DNA of 64,000 nt. Source: Eledone cirrhosa. Lineage: Eukaryota. Both the position numbers and the translations under genes were made by a program. Each line of letters begins with the position of its first letter. Positions within the stretch are counted from its first letter, which is position 1. Below the pieces are notes generated by a model. That model was not told the DNA's origin. It saw nothing but the letters and a program-made list of their open reading frames with translations, and made no database searches. Of the stretch, positions 24,174-38,274 are shown piece by piece. The stretch covers positions 94,984,001-95,048,000 of the forward strand of contig OZ024742.1 of assembly GCA_964016885.1 (NCBI GenBank), written 5' to 3'.

Positions 24174-27100
24174 GATGGTAGGCAATGATTTGACAGCGAT
24201 TTGGCTGGGAGTTTTTTTACTGTCTTTCAAAACCACAGAAATATCACAGTTGATAAAGCACACTCATTAAAAAATCCAAATGTTCACAAATTACAATTAT
24301 AAATTGCTCCTGATTTCAACATAATTTTATACAAATGACATAAACATCACTTCATCTTTCTCATTCATATTAACAAGCTTGTAAAGGTTCATTCTCATAA
24401 ATATATGTTGTTTTCCTTGCTGGTATGGGTTGGATGGTTCGTCATGGTCAGATAACTAAATATTAGGTTTGGTCATATCTTCCATAATCTGGCAAGGATG
24501 CCGCTTTTAATGCATTTTATTTTGGCATTGGTGTTACCATTTTACAGTGTACTGGCTACATTGTGACACCAGCACTACCCTATTACAGAGTCTACTGAAG
24601 TATTTTATCAAAGTACCAACACTAGAGAAAAAGTCATGTACTTTGCCTGACTGAAGAGTTCTTTCAACTCTATATCGTCTCCCTCAACCACTTTATAGAG
24701 TTTCACTACTTTACAGAATCATAAAATATATTTTGTAATACATGAACTCTAGTAAACCACAGGGAGAGAAATGTTTTGTTTTGATACTTTCTAGTGGCAC
24801 TCTGTAACAGGAAATCTTTTATAATATTTTACATAGGCTTGAAGTTAATATATATTGGAATAGAAACAAAATGGTGCGATATTTCACTCCTTTTATATAA
24901 AACCATGTCTTAGATTTTGTAGAATCTTATATCTTAGATATTTTTTTATTACCTGTTCAGCTATGTTAAAATGAAAAGAATATATATAACAGGAAAATGA
25001 AAATGTCTGTAAAATTTTCATAAGATATTTTTTATATCAGAAATTCAGTGATATTGGTATAAATGTGCAATATAATTAGATAATATATATGCTGTTTATT
25101 TTTTGCAAATATTTCATGTTTGAATATAAATATAATGCTAGTGTCTGCATCTATACTTCTGAGTTTGTATTAGTTGAGCTGTGCTTTATTGTAGTGTTAA
25201 TGGCAGGGGATGGGGTAAAGGAGTACTGAATATGGAGGAATATATGTGCTTATGTGTATGTATGTTTGCACAAGTCTATATATGTGCAGGAATGTATATG
25301 TAGAAAGACAAACATACAAAGTAGATAATATAGTGTATATATATATATATGCATATGAATATAAAACAAATAGGATAATTCCAAAACAAAATAAAAACAA
25401 ACAGCTATCTTTACTTTGCTTTCAAGAATTGTTTGTTAGTCTTGTTGCAAAATCTTTGAGATGGGGATTTGAGATATTAATTAAATACTTTTAACAATGT
25501 CTAGCAAAAGTCATACCTGTCCACAAATTTTTTCTTGCTTATATATATATATATATTGTCACCATCAACATCATCATGTCAAATTTTCCAAGCTGATATG
25601 GGTTGGATTGAATGTTTTGAGACACTTCAAAGCAGCTAGATCCCCTTTTCTGAAATCAACTCTTTCAGTTACTACTTATAGCACACATGGATAGGAAGTA
25701 CCTATTCTAAAAACTGGGCATATACACACATTCACACACAGAGAAAAAGAAAGAGAGAAACAGAGAGTCTTACAGTCTAGATAAGGCAAGTAGAATAAAA
25801 CTTTGATCTGCTGAAGCTTTCCTCGCATAGGTGTTCAGATAATGAGAAGCAAACAAAAGACAACTTCTCACAAGTTCACCATAGAGCCAGTTACCGACCA
25901 GTGTAGTTAATAATCTACTAAATAGCCATCCTTATAGTTAATATCTATCTGCATGTAACTGCATAGTATACTATGGATAGCTTTATAAGACAAGTATTGA
26001 AATCCTTACAATATGATAACTTACCACATGACAGAAACCCTATAGAAGATGAAAGGGAGTAAGGTAGGATGGCCAAATAATAAGAACGCTACATAATAAC
26101 TAGATTGTGAGAGCATTTTACCAGGATTTTCTAAACTCCAGACTATTTACAACCACTACTAACCAAATAAAAATGCTTAGTTTCAGAGACTACTACCACC
26201 ACCACCGCCACCACTACAATGATATATGACTGGACAATGTAGAACAATCTATTATGTTCAGAACCACAGGTTCATGCTGCACTATTGTTCCAGAGGCTAG
26301 AATAAAGAAAGTATTAACCCAGGGGATAGCAAAGGAGCCACATTGAAATAGCCCTTCCACTTTGTGTTTCAATCTTGCAGATGGTAAACAACATCCTAAT
26401 AGCAGCAAGTAGGAACATAGTTTGAGGGCGAAGAACTCCAGAGGTTGCCACTGCTATAGGTTCAATGACAAGCCTATTGAAAAGTCACTGATCCTTCAAC
26501 AACATGTGATTGTCAAACAATGAAACCTGGATCTATCTCTGAATTTGCTAGTTTGCTGTTGGAGAAAGTGTTGCTGCATGCTGAGTCCAAGGTAAAGGTT
26601 AACCTATCTAGCAATCTTCCTAGCTACTTATATATATATATATATACCCTTCAGTCATAACTGGCTTGATAAGTTTGCATCTGGAAAGTTCCTCAATTAG
26701 TCAAATGTTTTGGCAAGGTGTTTTATGAAAGACCAACACTCACTCATGCATGCTAGTCCATGCCACCTATGTTGTCCAAGGGAAAGGCAAAAGTTTATGC
26801 TGCTTGACATCAGTGTCATTGCAGCTTATTATTCCCATCTAAGCAGACTGAAGCAATGTGAAATAACGTGTTTTGATACTTTTAAACTAAGAAGTAGTGT
26901 ACACTCACTGATTGTTTTTGTCAACTTGCAATTACGTAGTTGTGTAGCAGGTGGTTTGGTCACTTTAGCATCCTATTTAAAATATATATTCATATAAGTG
27001 AACCGTAGATTATGGCTTCACCAGATATTGAACAGAACAAACTCAGTTCATAACATAATATGCATTTTGAACCAAGACAGCAGCAATCAATGTGCTCATA

Positions 27101-27872
27101 GAGTATAGAATAGATACAGTTTCCCTGTATGTAAGAGACGATTGAATGGATTGGTACCAAGACGAGCCTCTGGTCATAAAATATACTATGTATATGAAAT
27201 ATGCCAACATCCCCACAAGACTGGCTCTACTTTTAGCAAAGAAAATGGTTTCAAGTCACTTGTTGAGCAATTAATGTTATGAATATTTCGTATCTTTCAT
27301 ATTATTTGTGTAAAGTGGGAAAATAGCATACCTTTCTGTAGATAATATAGGTGTGATTGTTTATATTTGGATGGTTAAGTGTGCAGTTGAAAGGACCATA
27401 TATACTAAATATAAGCCGAAAAATATGTGACCAGAGTCAATATTCTGATGATTTTCAAATTCTACATAAATAAGGTGCTAAAATATCTAGAATGATTATT
27501 TCACAATTAAACATTGTTTTTCTACATTTACTATATCGTCTTGAGATTTATTTATGATTTGCCTTGAGAACTTTCCCAATAAATTTTTATTTGTACATTT
27601 TAACACATAAATATACCCTCACATATACACATACACACATGCAGACATGCACCAACTGATTTTCTTTGTGATTTAATTATACTTTTTCTTTCAATCTTCT
27701 TTTATTCTATTTCACTCGCTCTCTTCCTCCTTTCTTTTGCTCTTTCCTATTCTCATTCTGTCTCTTCCTTCACATTCTACTCTGAATAGTTTAACTATTC
27801 CCTATTCAATTTGATCTTTCCCTAGTATTTTTAATGATCTCCATAATGGTTAAAGGAATTTCTTTTAAAGTA

Positions 27873-28055
27873 ATTGTTTCTACTTTTGGCACAAGGCCAG
27901 CAATTACCCCAGTGCATTACTGGTGATTTATTTTATCGACCCCGTAAGGATAAAATACGAAGCTAAACTCAGCGGCATTTGAACTCAGAACGTAAATGCC
28001 ATAACTCTATGTTCCAACATGTGGTGTCTGATGCTCTGCTAATACTGCCAATCCA
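27873..28055 (-). mobile_element. tRNA-derived SINE family B
   Basis: Reverse complement of 32517-32694. Confidence 0.8.
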
Positions 28056-28384
28056 TTGCTTTTATTATTTTTTTATATAATACCTTAAATTAAGAATATA
28101 TCTTCATTTCTATATATCATATTAATTTAGAATTTTCTCATGTTTTTTATATTTTCTAAAAATGTGAGAATAGTCTGCTTTGTTTTCACTTGGGAGTTTG
28201 TCTGTACCTTGCAGTGATTATTTTGCACTTGTTACAGGTTTCTGTCTGAGTTCAAAACCTGGAACTATTAATTTCTTTTCTCATTGAACCCTACCAAAAA
28301 GGATAAAAGTATCTGGTGGCTGAAAAGTTAAAAACATACAGTAGATATCTAGTGAGAGTAGTTATTTAGATGGTAGTTGTAATG

Positions 28385-28491
28385 ATTGTTTCACAAGGCC
28401 ATCAATTACCCAGTGCATTACTGGTACTTTATTTTATCAACCCCGTAAGGATGAAAGGCAAAGTTAACTTCGGCGGGATTTGAACTCAGAA
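28385..28491 (-). mobile_element. SINE family B, partial
   Basis: cacaaggccatcaattacccagtgcattactggtac...ggatttgaactcagaa. Confidence 0.75.
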
Positions 28492-31400
28492 TGGCAAGAT
28501 GGTAGTTGTAATGATGATAGTTGTAATGATGATTGTTAATTGGTTGTAGCGGGGGAAGATGTGTTGGTGATATTAGTTAGTTCTGTGGTTTATTGTTCAC
28601 TTGTGGATTGCTTTGTGATGTGGTCACCATTGTGTAACATGTAGGTAAAAGGAGATAGATATGCCTGTACATGTGGGTATGCAAGTGAGCTACAGTGTTC
28701 ATTATGATGATGTAGATGTGATGATTTCTTGGGTAAGTGATTTACCCTGATCACATAGTTAATGAAATTAAAAAAACAAATTGCTACTTAATTTGATAGC
28801 CTGTTATGAAGTTATTGTTGCCAATATATAAAACAAGGATGTGTTGTTGTTGTGTATGCATGTGTGCAGAAGTTTGAAAGATGATATTTACAGTTGTGTA
28901 ATGACTAAACTTTATGGATGTGCTAATGGGAATAGAGCTAGCAGGCCCTCATCGAGAGGGGCGGCATGTTTGGCTAAGAACTACATGTCACTGCTTGGTG
29001 GAACAAACTGTTGTGGTGTGTTTCCTTTAAGAGATGTGAACAGAATGAATTTGATCAAGCTAGTATTCTTTAATAAACTGTCAATGACTTCTACCTGGAT
29101 ATTTCTCCAGACAGTGACAAATCTTGAAAGAAAAGAAAAGAAAATGATTATCGTGTTGCCCAGAGGTCAGCATGTGTGATCACACTGACCTACGTTGCTA
29201 ACATCAGAACAAGAGTTCAAATTACTGTTTACAGATATACTGCTTCTTTTAAATAAAAAGCAACAGATACTGCTAAAAATCAACTAATAGTGTGGCTGCT
29301 AGAGAATTTGGACTGGACATTAAAACATTTTAAATATCAAAATATTAAAGCATCCCAAATATTTTCTCCACTCATGAGAATTTCAAAATGCCATAATGTG
29401 TTGATTAGCTGCCTCAGCTTATAAACAGGGCTTAGAATGTTGTCCTTTTCTCAGACATAAAATAGTGAGGGTGCTTATATTTGAGTACATATTTATTTGA
29501 TTTGTCAGCTATGAATTCTGTTCATTTCCCTTTTTCCCCCTTGGAAGAAAGTTAAATCCTCATTTGATGCATTATCTAGTGATATATTCTCCTGTCCCAT
29601 TTCAAGGGTTGCTCCTATCACCAAAAACAGAGGAACAGAAGATAAATAAAAACCAGTAATTAACTGACATATATTTAACATTAGACCTTCAGTGTCCTTT
29701 GTCCTTAAACTGCGTCTCTCCTCTGCCAAAGTGGGACAAGGGAGCCCTATGAAGTGAGTCTTTTCTCAAGGATGATGAGGGTTACTGGATGACACAAGCA
29801 CCTACTTTTCAATATTGCAACCTCAGATATAGAAAATAGAACATTTATTGGGTAGAAATGTATGGTGCAGTAACAGTGGATGGAATCCATAGTAGAGAAA
29901 GAATAAGGTAGGTAAGAAGTTAAGACATTGGGCTTCACAGAGTTGTGATTACACAACTGAAAAACATGGAATTTTGCCAGACTACACACCAATCCAACAC
30001 AAACCATGCTACAGGAAAAATAAACAGGGAAATAATATGAATAATGATGATCACCATCATTATGCAAGGATTGGTTTCAGTGATGGACAGTGTGGAAGTC
30101 AGACATGTCATAAAAGCTTTGTAAACTTGTGTGAATTATCTAAAGTTTATTAGAAATACATGCTTAGAAATATATTTGTTTGGAAAGGTCAACCAAGGTG
30201 GACAATAATCACTGAATGAAACTCTTTGTATATTGATATATATTGACCCGTTTTATACCAACCTACCTGAAATTGCCCCAGTTATACAAAGTGCAAAAAG
30301 TACCAATTTTAATGAGTCCTTATGTAAAGTAAGATATTCCAGCACGTTGTGAAGTTATGTTACTAATATCACCTTAATGATATAATTAATCATTTTAGTA
30401 AATCCCCTTCAACTCAATAATTAAATGAAATACAGCATATTTTATTAGAAACATGGTCATGTTAAGGGCAAGTTAGTTATTTAACAATGAAGCTCTTTTT
30501 GAAATAGATGTGTATTTTGTAAATATGTAGATCAGGAATAAGGAAGTTTTGTAATATTTTTCATGAATGTTACTGACTTCAACGTATTAGCAAATTGACT
30601 GTGCATACTGCACACAGACGTATGCAAAGTCTGATGAGGTTTCAATGATTCCATGCAACAGGAATGGTTTTACATCTGGTTGCCCTTCATAATGCCAACA
30701 TATTTGCTAATTATACTAAGTGCTTCATTGTGGTGTTGACATTAGAAAGGTTGTCATGCTTTCAGCATGATTGCAGTATTTTCCCTAATATAATTCTGTT
30801 ATCTTTCTTTCAAATGCTCTTTCCTTTTATACACTAAATAACTTTGGAGAGTGGGAAAAACAAAAAAAATATACATTGCAATCAAATTATATGCAAATCC
30901 GGCAAGTGAATGTGTATTTAAATATATAGCATTTAAATATCCAGCAACCACAAAATTGGATATTAACTAGAATTGAAATTTGCTGGACCTGTAACATCTT
31001 GCTTTGATCAACTACAACAAAACAACAAGCATTTGCAGGCCATTTTGGAGCAGGGGTTAGTATTGTGGGTACAAACAAGTTTTTCCATTTTGTGCTATAA
31101 TTCGCATCCTTCTTCAACAGCCCTTTGGCTTTCATTTTCTCCTCCAATATCTTTAGTCATATCTTTTTTAGTCTTCTCCTTCTACTTTTCACATTCATTT
31201 CTATCACTCCCCCCACACCTCATTTTCATTTTCTCTACATATGAGCCAACCACCCTATTTCATTTCTCATCTCAACATTCTCATCAACTTCTGCAAATAA
31301 TATGTAGTATCCAGTAGCCACAAATAGTGAAATCAAATGGAATAGCAAAATTCAATACATGTGAACTTTTGCTTCGGTCAACTGCTGTTAATATAGTGAG

Positions 31401-32516
31401 AAAATATTCAGTTGTCTGGTGAAGCTGCAACAATATGGTCAATGCATCTTTAGAAATGACAATGAAGAAGACAACTATGCAGTTTGTCAAAATCATCAAC
31501 AATATGCGGTAAAGTAAAATAAATAATCTAATTACATCAAAAGGAGAATTCACATTATTTGACGTATTTTATAAATTTTGTATAACATGTTGATATTTTG
31601 TATAACATGTTATTTTGTATAACAATGTTGATATTGCAATAATCCTCCATCCATAAAATCAAGGAAGCAGTTATTCTCTGGTGTCTGAAATGCATAAGCA
31701 TACTTTCTTATGGTTTCTGTGTACAGAGAAATAGCTGAAATTGGTTACACTCCCAGTTCATTACTTTCAAAGCACAGGCTTCAAATTCAAGAATGTAAAA
31801 AAAGCTTCAAATATTCACAGTGTTCTAGTAAAAATAAGCAAATATGTATATATATATATATCCAGCATACATATATATATTTGTGTTTGTATGAACGCTT
31901 GTGTGTGTGCATGTAACTTTGTGTATGTATGTGTACATATAAATATATATATATAGTACCAAAATTATATTAAGGATGTCATGTCTGAGAATATCAGAAT
32001 CATGCGCCATACCACCTGTGAAATATGCTCAAAGATTCCAAAGTAAATCCGAGTATTTATATTAAGTCAAAAGAAGGATGATATATATATATATATATAA
32101 AATAAACACATCAAACAATTACAGGGGATAATTTGTAAAGAGTGAAACCACACATAGTTACGGAGGTAACATATTAAAAATTAAACAAGAACTTTGAATA
32201 TAGATACCTTGCAATAATGATTAATCTCCTTTGTATATATTCCATAGAAGATATATATTTCACCCTTAATCGGTAATTCATAAATGACAAATATTGAATC
32301 GTCGACAAAGGAGAAGATTTAACTATTTATGATTATGCACTCAAAGCAAATCAGGGGATAACAGTGTAAAAGCATGTGTGGTTTAAAAAACACACATCAC
32401 TCTGCTGTCATGCCAGTGGCATGAATATATACGTATATACATATATACATGTTCATATAGAAATAATTAGTTTAGATATATATCTAGAGATTTCGATCTC
32501 ATTATTTACAATTCAT

Positions 32517-32694
32517 GGATTGGCAGTATTGGTAGAGGGCCGGACGCCATGCTTTCCAGCATAGTTACGTCCCTTTACGATCTGAGTTCAAATCCCACCG
32601 AGGTTGACTTTGCTTTTCATCCTTACGGGGTCGATAAAATAAAGTACCAGTAATGCACTGGGTAATTGCTGGCCTTGTGCCTAAAGTAGAAACA
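32517..32694 (+). mobile_element. tRNA-derived SINE family B with 16-bp TSD
   Basis: A box (tggcagtattgg), B box (gagttcaaatcc), central gcttttcatccttacggggtcgataaaataaagtaccag. TSD attatttacaattcat at 32501-32516 and 32695-32710. Confidence 0.9.
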
Positions 32695-33405
32695 ATTATT
32701 TACAATTCATTTGGAGCACATATGTAGGATTAATTATAATACTACATTCCCAGCCAGAAGCCTAAGCTGTGAAAACAGTGTAATTATTGTATTGACAGAT
32801 TAACACATGAAAATGTTACTCACAATTTCATCGATTGAAACAGCCAATATCCTCTTAGTTTAGCACACACAAATCTGTCGGAGTACAAAAATCCACGCTT
32901 AAGCTGGTACAGTTCTATTTCAAATTCCATGCTGAATTCAGTCATCATTGATTAACAATAAATTCATTACAAGTGAATTCTGAACGAGGGAATTCTCATT
33001 GGACATATGAAGGATTTCTGAAAATCGACCTTACTACTAAATTTTAAAGTTGGTGCCGGATAGCCGCAGTGGTAGACTAGCTGAGGTTGGAGGAAATGGT
33101 TAATATAGGAATATCATTGAACCATAATTAAAGAAAAAGTTTTGGGAGTCAATTATATTAAGGGTCTAGATCAGTATCCAGTGATTTTGATGTTGTTGTT
33201 TACAACTTACTTAACAAATTCATTTGGAGCACAGGCACAGGATTAATGGTAATATAACATTCCCAGCCAAATGCTTAAACTATGAAAACTGTGTAATTAT
33301 TGTATCGACAAATTAACAAGGAAACGTTAAAGTACTCACAATTTCATCATTTGAAACAACCATTATCCTCCTACATAAGTGCATATTAAATATGTATATA
33401 TATAT

Positions 33406-36023
33406 ATCATCATCATTGTTTAACATCTATCTTCCATGCTAGCATGGGTTTAGATGGGAATTGTCCCACTTGAGGCAAGATTGGTCGTCTTGCTCGTATA
33501 GCACTGTCTGGCAGGTTTTCAACAGCTGGATGCCCTTCCTAACACCAACCACGTTTACAGTGTGGACTGGGAGATTTTTACAGTGTTACCTACATGGCCA
33601 CATTACAGCATGGACTGTGTGTTTTTTTGTCGTGACACCTACATGACCACATTTATTTAGGATTGGATGCTGTGGTACCAACATAACTTAACAGAGAAAG
33701 GAGTGGTGTTGATGGCAGTGGGGGTGGGTGGAGTAGTGGAATGGGGTGTATATTTGGCTAAGAGGTGCCTACTGACTGTAGGTTTCGCTTTGTACATAAG
33801 CAAGGTGGGTCTTCTGTATTACTGCGTAGTGCCAAAGATCTCGGTCCAGTGACATTGTCTTAGAGAGGTGTAAGTGTGTAAGGTCGTAATTTATCAAATC
33901 GTCCCAGCTTTTTCTGGGTCTGCCTACTCCGTAACTTCCATCAATTTTGATCGCCCTGCACTTTTTTATACAGCTGTCGTCTTTCATGTGCATCACGTGA
34001 CCATACCAATGCACTCTTCTCTCGAGTAAACAGCATCTGATCCCTCTTATTCTTAATTTCTTAGTTCATTTATGCTTTGCCATTCACGTATATCATATTA
34101 CACATCCAACGGAGCATGCATGCTTCATTCCTCTCCAGTCTGCGCAGATCCTCCGCACACAATGCCCATGTCTCACTGCCATGTAGTATTGCTGTTTGCA
34201 TGCAGGCATCATACAGTCTGCCTTTCATTTTTAGAGAGAAACCTTTAGTGGCCAACAGTGGTATAAGCTCTCTGAATTTTTTCCATCCCGTTCTGACTCT
34301 GGCTACTGTACTTTCAGAGCACCCTCCACCACTGCTGATTTTGTCACCCAGGTAACAGAAGGTGTCCACTATTTCTATAGTACCATCTGGGCAATAGAAG
34401 GAGCTAGTATCCTGTGGACATTTGCTACTTATTGCACCTGAGCACCGGCCACATATAAAAGTTATGTTCTTAGATAGCTTACCTGTGATATCACTACATC
34501 TTTTATGCACCCATACTTTGCATTTGGGACATAAAATGGAATTCCTGCCTACACCTTTCCTACATACTGACCATGGCTATTTCCCAGAGGGGACTTGTGC
34601 CCTATTTTCCTTCCTCCATACTAGAACTTTAGTTTTAGACGAGTTAGCTTTAAAGCCTTTGATTCTAGGCCATGCTTCCATGTTTGGAATTTCTTCTCTA
34701 GTTCAGCCATCCATTCAGCTATGAGTGTTAGATCATCTGCATATAGAAGTTCCCATGGGCCAGCCAGTCTTGAATTCCTCTGTTATAGCCTGAAGGGCAA
34801 TAATAAATAGGAGGGGGCTAAGGACAGGGCTTAAATTCTTCACTATATTCGTTGTTAATTCTAACCTTGCTGACTGTTTCTTTATACATGGCTTCTATAG
34901 CTCTCACAAGCCATTCATCAACAGCTAGCTTTCTAAGGGCCCACCAGATACTGTCGCGGGGAACTCTGCCAAAAGCTTTCTCCAAGTCAACAAAAGCTAA
35001 GTATAGGGGTTTACTTTTAGCTAGGTACTTCTATAGTTGTCGTGCAAGGAAAAGAGCATCTGTGGTACTTTTACCTGACACAAACCCAAACTGCATTTCA
35101 TCTAGATCAATTCGCTCTCTGATTAGTTGCGCTATAACTTTTTCTGTGACCTTCATGACATGGTCAAGTAATTTAATGCCTCTATAGTTTCCCCTATCTA
35201 GGGCATCTCCTTTACCCTTGTAGCAGTTAATGATGCTGCTGCTACGCCAGTCATTTGGTATGACCCTGTTCTGTATGACTTGGTTTACTATCCGGGTGAC
35301 TATAGAGTGCCCCACCGTTCCAGATGCTTTCAGCATTTCAGCAACTATCTCCGAAGGCCCAGCTTCCTTGCCTGTCTTCATATCTTTGATTGCCTTACTT
35401 ATTATACTACCTTTAACTTGTACCGCTGGTCCTTCTATTGAATCGATTTGGGGTAGACTATCTTTTTCCCATTTATTATCGTCATTTAATAGTCTCTCGT
35501 AGTGACACTTCCAAGCTATCTTCTTATCAGTATCAGTGAGGGCAAGTACACTGTTATTATTATGAACACACTTCTCCCCAACAATATCATGGTTTTCCTT
35601 GACAGATTGCCTAGCAATATGCACACCTCACGTTTTTGGTCCTCGCCTAGTAGAACATGCTTAAACTTTCTTTCCTCTGCTTCCTCTCGTGCATAGTACA
35701 CTTGTCCCCTAGCTTCCCTCCTGGCCACTTGATAGTGTTCTCTACATCCCCCATCCCATCATACTTTCCAAGCCTGCTTTTTGGCCTTGATTGACTCCTC
35801 CACCTTACTGTTCCACCACCACGTTACTCTCCTCCTGCCTATAGGTCTGCTCCGGCCACTGATTTCATCTGTCGCCATCAGCAGGTTAATTTTAGGAATT
35901 CCCACTGTTCCTCTATATTGTATGTCTCTAATTGCTTTTCCTTACTGTCAAAAGCATCAAGTAATATGCTTTTAAATTTGTTACTGGCTGTGGGGTCATT
36001 TAACTTCCATATTCTTCTCCTTA

Positions 36024-36024
<1 letters not shown>
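33406..36024 (-). mobile_element. RTE-clade LINE, 5'-truncated and decayed, same family as 4257-6472
   Basis: Minus-strand ORFs 35031-35624, 34070-34510 and 33769-34014 closely match the first copy. Extends further 5' (RRRIWKL, TWWWN, ARREAR). (ATC)n at 33406; (TA)n on both flanks. Confidence 0.95.
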
Positions 36025-36070
<46 letters not shown>

Positions 36071-36332
36071 AGTATGTATATACATACAAATGTATATATA
36101 TATATATGTATATATATACATACATATGTATATATATATTTATGTATATACATACATATGTATATATGTATATACATATAATGAAGGAAGTCTGGTAAGG
36201 AACCAGATGGAACATAACGCATCAGAGTACTCAATACTTAGTGAAGTAGAGTGGGTAATAGGAACATTTTCAAGACGCCGATGGCAGAGCTCAAGCTGTC
36301 GAAACCTCTTGTGCTCTGCCATCTGGGTCTTG

Positions 36333-36371
<39 letters not shown>

Positions 36372-36499
36372 TTTCCGAATTTGTTTAGCAAGATTTTTCA
36401 TCTGAAAACGTGTGTTGAAACCGATATTATTATACTTTGGGAGGTTCATGTTGCCAATAAGAAACACACGCACCAGTTGCTTTCACTTCAATTTATTAT

Positions 36500-36857
36500 A
36501 AATTTACGGTTGGTTGGTTCCACAACCGAGTGGTTTTTCATATATTGTCAAAGTTCTTTCGTAACACATTCTGTGACCTCTTCAGTGACTGGCGATTCTT
36601 ATCTTTGTTTTGTGCCTCTCCTTTGTTCTGTCCTACGCCATCTTGTTTTTGAGTGTGTTGTGTGCTTATTTTGTGCATGTGTTACATCGGGGTGTCTGTG
36701 TGTGTTTTTATTTGTTTATTTATGTGTTTATTTTCATGTTACTAGTTAGTTGTTTGTTCTATGTGTGTGTGTTTTCATTTTGTCCTTAATTATAAGTTGT
36801 GATGTTGTTATGAACAACCATCCGGTTGTGGAACCAACCAACCAACCAACCGGAAAT
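36500..36857 (-). mobile_element. Inverted-repeat element with hammerhead motif (Penelope-like remnant)
   Basis: About 45-bp inverted repeats at 36500-36542 and 36810-36857, with gtcaCTGAAGA..GAAAgaacTTtgac on the minus strand at 36547-36589. Confidence 0.55.
36547..36589 (-). ncRNA. Minimal type I hammerhead ribozyme motif
   Basis: Stem I gtca/tgac, core CUGAAGA, imperfect stem II, GAAA, short stem III, CUU cleavage triplet. Confidence 0.55.
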
Positions 36858-37590
36858 CTGTATATATATAAAATTAAGTATGTGTGTGTGTGTCTGTGTA
36901 TTACCTATAGGGGCCTACATCTTACGACCGATTTTCATGAAACTTTACAGGCTCATAGATTAGTCATCGGAGAGTATTTTCTATATATCAGCGTATCTTT
37001 GTTTTTATTCCGGGGTCATTCTGCAGATAAAAGTCGATAGGAGGATCACCTTTTTTTAGGTATAAAAAAATAAGATTTTGGGCTCTAGCTCCCACATTTT
37101 GCCAACAATTTCGTTCACATTTCAAATCAAAATAGAATGTATCATTTCACATCCTGTAATGCTTTTATATTTTGCATTTGTTGTTCAGGGACAGCGTAGC
37201 AGCCGCTTAAATATTCAAAAATTCCACTTTTAGACTCAAATAATGGCTCTAGCTCCCACATTAATCAACCTACATTGTTCAAATTTTACACTACGCTAGA
37301 TCTGATCATTTTACGTCTTAAAGTGGCTTTACATTTTGGATTTTTTGTTCAGGAATGGCGTGGCAGCTGCTTAAATATTCGAAAAGACCACCTTTTCGCT
37401 CAAATTTCCGCCTTTTCGGATCTAGCTCCCACATTTTTAAACCGATTTCGTTCAAATTCGAAACTCCCTCCTCCAGCATGCCCGTTCGTCAGTCACTCGC
37501 GTTTCTCAGTGATAGAGGTCATCACCACTCTCCCCCGCATGACTTGTGTGTGGCCATAGATGAGTCATCAAGAAGCAGTCGCTAAGATCA
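36857..37590 (+). mobile_element. Non-autonomous Helitron/Helentron-like element with internal tandem repeats
   Basis: Start a|TCtgtatatatataaaa, then (GT)n, then ccgattttcatgaaacttt. About 165-175-bp repeats begin with tctagctcccacatt near 37082, 37246 and 37419. 3' end uncertain. Confidence 0.5.
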
Positions 37591-38135
37591 ACACCTTTTC
37601 AACATATATACATATATACATATATAATATATATGTATATATGTATATATGTTTATACATACATATGTATGTATATACACACATATGTATGTATATACAC
37701 ACATATATATATATTTTTTGTGTTTGTGTATTTTATACATATGTATTTGCCCATATATATTTGGAAATACTAACCTATATTTGATTGATTCTGTTTGAAG
37801 AAAATATTTAACACAAAAAAAATCTACCACAAACATTACCACTAACACCACCACCAATACCTGTAAACATATTATAACAACAAAAAAAAATACAAGAGAC
37901 AGAAATGTGGGTTATTTCTTTGTCATAGTTTGCTGGCTTTATCTCACAATTTTAGTCTTCAGTTGTCAAATGGTGACAAAATCGAGCTTCTATGGTAGAT
38001 GTCATCCAATCCTAGTTGCTCTTATCTCTAGAGATAGTATTCTTTTGGGTCATATATGTCGAACATTTTTGTCGTTACCAACAATGAATGTTTTTTTGTA
38101 GCTTTTATTGTTTTTAGCATTTGTCTATGTCATCA

Positions 38136-38192
<57 letters not shown>

Positions 38193-38274
38193 CACACGTA
38201 CACATACACACACACATACATATATATCAAAACAAAATTTGTTTTCGCTGTTAACATGGTCGATAGCAAAATGT

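Noticed and set aside
29505-29729. 74-aa minus-strand ORF of ordinary composition
   Set aside because: No recognisable motif and no supporting exon structure.
31405-31515. Exon-like or BED-finger-like stretch (…NDNEEDNYAVCQ…gtaaagt)
   Set aside because: Too short, weak splice signals, incomplete Cys/His ligands.
31575-31636. About 20-bp tandem repeat x3 (attttgtataacatgttgat)
   Set aside because: Ordinary local slippage duplication.
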